Assembly (NCBI GenBank): GCA_964556365.1
Contig: CAZKVT010000004.1
Coordinates: 13,842-77,841 of the forward strand
Length of the DNA: 64,000 nucleotides
Origin: an uncultured bacterium
Lineage (GTDB): Bacteria > Hydrothermota > UBA3072
Direction of reading: 5' to 3'
Shown: positions 60,729-64,000 of the stretch, in pieces
How the letters are laid out: each line of letters opens with the position of its first letter
Numbering within the stretch: position 1 is the first letter of the stretch
Position numbers and translations under genes: made by a program
The notes under the pieces: generated by a model
The model's input: only the letters and a program-made list of their open reading frames with translations
The model's database searches: none
What the model was told of the DNA's origin: nothing

Positions 60729-60857
60729 GCAATTTTTTGGTGAAACTTTCCTTAAACTATAAATCTCCGGTTTTTAAAATACCCCCCATAAAGCAAGCTT
60801 CTTTTTATAATCGATTGCTATTTAACGCGGGATTTTTTGCTGTTTTTTTAATTTAAG

Positions 60858-60911
60858 CCCAATAAACCCAACGAACTCAACGAAACCAATAAATCCAATC
60901 AACCAATTAAC
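60858..60911. repeat. Degenerate heptamer array (CCAAYGA / CCAATMA units)
   Basis: cccaataaacccaacgaactcaacgaaaccaataaatccaatcaaccaattaac. Confidence 0.7.
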
Positions 60912-60953
60912 TTTCTCCGTTCTTGGACTCGGAACTCGGCACCCAGAACCAAA

Positions 60954-62340
<1,387 letters not shown>

Positions 62341-62361
62341 TTTGTCTCTCTAAATTTATAA

Positions 62362-62390
62362 CTAAATCCTAAATCCAAAATCCTAAATCC
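62362..62390. repeat. Heptamer array (TAAATCC-type), inverted relative to 61933-61963
   Basis: ctaaatcctaaatccaaaatcctaaatcc is the reverse complement of ggatttaggattttggatttaggatttag. Confidence 0.85.
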
Positions 62391-62400
62391 TGCTAATACG

Positions 62401-63438
62401 CTATTTGCTCAAAGCTTCCGCTTTTACATCCGCTTCAGTCATTATCTTCACCAGTTCCTTGAACTTAACTTTCGGTTGCCAGCCTAATTCCTTTTTTGCC
62501 TTTGAGGCATCACCTACTAATGATTCTACTTCGGTGGGTCGGAAATATTCCGGGTCGATTTCTACGAGTATTTTCCCTGTTTTCTTATCTATGCCTTTTT
62601 CCTGCGCTCCTTTTCCTTTCCACTGGAGTTCGATATCTATATTTTTAAAAGCTTCCTCAGCAAATTCTCTGACGGTATGTGCTTCACCTGTAGCAATTAC
62701 AAAATCATCGGGCTTTTCTTGCTGAAGCATCAACCACATCGCCTCTACGTATTCCGGCGCATAACCCCAATCTCTTTTAGCGTTTAGATTGCCAAGAAAT
62801 AATTTATCCTGTGAACCATGGTAAATCCGGGCTACTGCCTGTGTTGCTTTTCTTGTAACAAATCTTTTTCCTCTTCGCGGAGATTCATGGTTAAAAAGAA
62901 TTCCACTGCAGGCGAATAAGTTATACGCTTCCCTATAGTTTACTGTAATCCAGTGAGAATAAACTTTAGCGGCTCCGTAAGGGCTTCTCGGATAAAAGGG
63001 AGTTGATTCTTTTTGCGGTGTTTCTTTTGTGGCTCCGAACATCTCACTCGATGAAGCCTGGTAAAAACGGGTTCGCACCCCCGTTTCTCTTATAGCATCC
63101 AGAAGCCTAAGAGTTCCCACAGCATCTACTTCTGCTGTATATTCCGGAACTTCGAATGAGACTTTTACATGGCTCTGAGCTCCGAGGTTATATATTTCAT
63201 CCGGTTCTACTTTTTCTACAAGCCGGTTTAGATTACTCGAATCTGTTAAATCTCCGTAATGAAGAAAGAGCCTGATATTTTTTTCATGCGGGTCCTGATA
63301 CAGATGGTCTATTCTTTCGGTAGTAAATACACTCGCTCTTCTGATTATTCCGTGAACTTCATATTCTTTTTTAAGTAAGAATTCAGTCAGGTAAGACCCA
63401 TCCTGACCATTTATTCCCGTTATCAAAGCTTTTTTCAT
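62401..63438 (-). CDS. gmd: GDP-mannose 4,6-dehydratase
   Basis: [22 protein letters not shown] ... YNLGAQSHV ... near-colinear with Gmd. The ATG at 63438 has an AGAGGA RBS; the track start at 63486 adds 16 aa. Confidence 0.9.
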   Translation of the reverse strand: MKKALITGINGQDGSYLTEFLLKKEYEVHGIIRRASVFTTERIDHLYQDPHEKNIRLFLHYGDLTDSSNLNRLVEKVEPDEIYNLGAQSHVKVSFEVPEYTAEVDAVGTLRLLDAIRETGVRTRFYQASSSEMFGATKETPQKESTPFYPRSPYGAAKVYSHWITVNYREAYNLFACSGILFNHESPRRGKRFVTRKATQAVARIYHGSQDKLFLGNLNAKRDWGYAPEYVEAMWLMLQQEKPDDFVIATGEAHTVREFAEEAFKNIDIELQWKGKGAQEKGIDKKTGKILVEIDPEYFRPTEVESLVGDASKAKKELGWQPKVKFKELVKIMTEADVKAEALSK

Positions 63439-63470
63439 TTTTCCTCTTTTTTGAATAGTAATTCCATTTT

Positions 63471-64000
63471 TCAATTTAACAACCACTTGGTTATGGGTAT
63501 AACCTTAATTTTACCGTTATCGGTATCAATATTTTTTTCATCGTCTTCAGTAATTATTGTACTCTCTTTAAGTTTTAACTCTTTCATTCCTTCAATTAGT
63601 GCGGAAATCTCCCTTTTCTCGACTTTTTTATCCTGAAGAGAAGTTGAAACCTGAATTAACAAAGTATTACCTTTTTTTCTTCGCACATAAAAATCAATCT
63701 CTTTCTCATTCCCGGTTTTATAATAGAAAATTTCTTCTTCTCTTCTTTTAAGTTCGAGGAAAACGAGGTTCTCAAAGTACTGTCCTCTATTCGCGGAGAA
63801 ACTAAATCCTATGCTATTACGCAAACCGTTATCGATAACATAAACCTTCTTGGGGTTCAGGTTTTGATTTTTTAATGAGTAATTATATCCTTTAATGACA
63901 AAAATAAGAAAACTCTCTTCCAAATAAGATAAATATTCCTTAACTGAATTAATATTTCCAATATTGGTTGCTCTTTTAAGACTGGAAAAGGTAAATAACG
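63471..64000 (-). CDS. AAA+ ATPase (DUF4143 family). This is the C-terminal portion; the N-terminus lies beyond the window end.
   Basis: The reading frame stays open past the TTG at 63923 to the window edge (…[35 protein letters not shown]…), matching the DUF4143 region of the 57169-58407 paralog class. Confidence 0.55.
   Translation of the reverse strand, partial: LFTFSSLKRATNIGNINSVKEYLSYLEESFLIFVIKGYNYSLKNQNLNPKKVYVIDNGLRNSIGFSFSANRGQYFENLVFLELKRREEEIFYYKTGNEKEIDFYVRRKKGNTLLIQVSTSLQDKKVEKREISALIEGMKELKLKESTIITEDDEKNIDTDNGKIKVIPITKWLLN

Overview
This is a 64-kb window from a low-GC bacterial chromosome; I could not assign a lineage by eye. No rRNA, tRNA or CRISPR array is visible.

Left third (1-10.9 kb): a long co-directional housekeeping block on the + strand with tiny gaps or overlaps: yceD-like(partial)-rpmF-plsX-fabD-fabG-acpP-fabF-etfB-etfA(ferredoxin-fused)-gyrA-small ORF-sat/cysC.

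Middle (11-34.5 kb): secreted beta-helix and lipoprotein genes, an alkD-like gene, an ICMT-family gene, metE, asd, thiD, ftsK-lolA-like, suhB-like and a dCMP deaminase gene. There is also a small island carrying an IS200/RAYT-like HUH transposase flanked by identical 45-bp palindromic elements, a DUF3467 gene and an orphan AbiEi-like regulator.

The most unusual content is an ~11-kb five-gene operon (34.7-45.9 kb). It is driven by a strong sigma70-like promoter and encodes:
- a 1279-aa secreted protein of unknown fold;
- a 1056-aa protein with a FecR-like domain, an 11-aa tandem repeat and at least six fibronectin-III domains;
- a secreted C39/papain-like putative cysteine peptidase;
- a predicted outer-membrane beta-barrel;
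- an orphan tandem REC-REC response regulator.

Right third (46-64 kb): a minus-strand envelope/polysaccharide locus with three paralogous envelope proteins (two OmpA-family genes from a ~1.9-kb tandem duplication, plus one N-domain-only copy) and a sugar phosphotransferase. After it comes a cassette-like accessory region with a hypothetical membrane protein, an AbiEi/AbiEii pair, cspA, slyD, a GT4 glycosyltransferase, a DUF4143 ATPase, a regulator+nucleotidyltransferase pair with palindromic operators, gmd and fcl split by an inserted four-helix-bundle gene, and a second partial DUF4143 ATPase.

In this region most boundaries between cassettes carry degenerate tandem arrays of 7-9-nt units (AGTCCAA, GGATTTR, TAATTCA, CCAAYGA and similar), at three sites as near-identical direct or inverted copies flanking single cassettes (AbiE pair, GT4, 4HB). 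Several other short repeat families recur across the window.
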